DNA of 47,861 bases from Candidatus Thalassarchaeaceae archaeon (lineage in GTDB: Archaea > Thermoplasmatota > Poseidoniia > Poseidoniales > Thalassarchaeaceae): NCBI GenBank assembly GCA_029250665.1, contig JAQXEV010000053.1:1-47861 (forward strand), written 5' to 3'. Positions within the stretch are counted from its first letter, which is position 1, and each line of letters opens with the position of its first letter. This document shows, piece after piece, positions 46,638 through 47,861 of this stretch. The notes under the pieces were generated by a model that did no database searches, was not told the origin of the DNA, and saw only the letters and a program-made list of their open reading frames with translations. A program made the translations under genes and the position numbers.

Positions 46638-47705
46638 ATGATGATTGATCAATGGGAGTCGATGGCCGGCATGGCTGCGATGTTCATTGCAACCATCGGA
46701 ATTGGTATGTTCATCCAACCACTTTACGATATTCCCGAGGCTCGCGCCTTTGGTGAAGAAGGCACGACGAAATCCGGTTTCATTCTCTTCGAACTGGTGA
46801 TGATCGGCCTCTTCACAGTCGCCATCATATGGCTCGCGCGTAAGGGACTCGAGGCACTGATCAAAGGAATCGTCATGCTCGCACTCGGCCTCAGTCTATT
46901 CTACGCCCTCCAGCCATTCACTCTCATCATCCTCTATCTGACTGGCCTCGCAACACCCGCGAGTGTAGGTCTCAGCGCTCTAGTAATCACGATCGCTGGC
47001 ATGGTTTCCTTGCACCGTTACCCAGAGTGGTATGTTGTCAATAGTGTCGGTGTGATGGTGGGGGCAGGGGTCATCGTGATGATCGGAATTTCGTTCGTTC
47101 CAACTTTGGTGATTATCTTCATGTTGTTAGCGGCGATTTACGATTACTGGGCCGTTCACAAGAGCAAACACATGCTGGAACTAGCTGACACGATGATTAG
47201 CCTCAAATTGCCGGTTTTGCTGGTATCTCCCAAGGAAAAGGGCTACTCATTCCTCGACCAAGAAGGCGATATCATGCGCGATTCAATTAACGCGGGCGAG
47301 ATGGCACCCCCTCCACCCGGCTATGATGGTGTGATGGAGGCTGAAATGGTCGACGAAGCCGAAAGGCTTCGACCGAAGAAGAAGAGTCGAGATGCACTTT
47401 TCATGGGTCTTGGAGACGTCATTTTCCCTGGTATGCTGGTGATTTCAGCACTCTCTTTCCTACCTGAATGGGGGCCCGAGGTGTGGAATGCCTTCGGTCA
47501 CATTCACCTCGCTCAATTAGTAGTCGGTGTTGGGACTTTGATTGGCGGTTTGGTCGGTTATGTCGCTCTGATGTATTTCGTCGCACAAGGGAAACCGCAG
47601 CCTGGTTTACCGTTGCTGAATGGTGGAGCAATTATTGGATATCTTGTCAGTGGCATCTACGCATACGATATCGGACCACTATTCCAGGCGATTACATTCC
47701 TCTGA
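46638..47705 (+). CDS. presenilin/signal-peptide-peptidase homolog (A22 intramembrane aspartyl protease, PSH-like)
   Basis: LLAAIYDYWAV (YD motif), FMGLGDVIFPG (GxGD motif), KPQPGLPLLNGGAI (PAL-like motif). Overall similar to the Methanoculleus PSH as I remember it. The ORF is open from a GTG at 46560; the ATG at 46638 is preferred. Confidence 0.85.
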   Translation: MMIDQWESMAGMAAMFIATIGIGMFIQPLYDIPEARAFGEEGTTKSGFILFELVMIGLFTVAIIWLARKGLEALIKGIVMLALGLSLFYALQPFTLIILYLTGLATPASVGLSALVITIAGMVSLHRYPEWYVVNSVGVMVGAGVIVMIGISFVPTLVIIFMLLAAIYDYWAVHKSKHMLELADTMISLKLPVLLVSPKEKGYSFLDQEGDIMRDSINAGEMAPPPPGYDGVMEAEMVDEAERLRPKKKSRDALFMGLGDVIFPGMLVISALSFLPEWGPEVWNAFGHIHLAQLVVGVGTLIGGLVGYVALMYFVAQGKPQPGLPLLNGGAIIGYLVSGIYAYDIGPLFQAITFL

Positions 47706-47861
47706 GGCTTCGTGCTCAGGCTCCTTTCAACGGTGCTCGGGCCATGATTCCCCGATTCATTGAAGGCGGGGGGGCTGACCCTTCGCTTCGGTCGCCATGC
47801 TTGACATGACCATGTTCCGAGAGCACGCGGATGTGCTGAGGGCTGACCATGACAAGCGTGA

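Noticed and set aside
47706-47861. Possible gene fragment at the right window edge: plus-strand ATG at 47797 (MLDMTMFREHADVLRADHDKR...), or a minus-strand C-terminal fragment ending near 47720
   Set aside because: It is too short to choose between frames or to recognise any family.
1-47861. CRISPR arrays, rRNA, tRNA, integrases and transposases
   Set aside because: I found no regularly spaced direct repeats, no rRNA- or tRNA-like sequence and no recombinase-like ORF in any frame. Apart from 6307-7439, the window is densely packed with housekeeping genes.

Overview
This is an archaeal chromosomal segment. Archaeal markers are a group II chaperonin, Cdc48/VCP, chromatin protein MC1, Hjc resolvase, an archaeal-type signal peptidase and a presenilin-like protease. 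TATA-like boxes sit about 26 nt upstream of several start codons, and GGAGGTGA-type ribosome-binding sites occur inside operons. Together with a bacterial-type dnaK and sdhCAB, the gene content suggests a heterotrophic Thermoplasmatota or Marine Group II-like euryarchaeon, but that is inference only. The window is almost fully coding (about 50 genes) and mostly housekeeping: chaperones (dnaK, an sHSP-like gene, a thermosome), pyrimidine and carbamoyl-phosphate genes (pyrG, arcC, pyrB, pyrI), thrS, ttuA-like, cdc48, an aldehyde dehydrogenase, sdhCAB, folC, dCMP deaminase, an Lhr-type helicase and three membrane proteases. I found no rRNA, tRNA or CRISPR array. The only clearly accessory stretch is an AT-rich islet at about 6307-7439, between pyrG and an NAD-kinase-like gene. 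It holds a 745-bp cassette bounded by 52-nt imperfect terminal inverted repeats whose only ORF is a 150-aa HNH nuclease. This is my top candidate for something undescribed. Other items worth a second look:
- a tightly packed cdc48, PRC-barrel, DUF4350-like, DUF58, polytopic-membrane gene string with no MoxR ATPase;
- a four-gene operon of a zinc-ribbon micro-ORF, two paralogous membrane proteins and a third membrane protein;
- a recurring stop/start junction motif, AGTGA(G/A)TGA;
- a Met-rich sHSP-like gene in the position usually held by grpE;
- a divergent thermosome paralog;
- a divergent RNase-H-fold nuclease/Hjc gene pair.
All calls come from reading the ORF translations and the DNA by eye. 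Start codons are often uncertain by tens of nucleotides.
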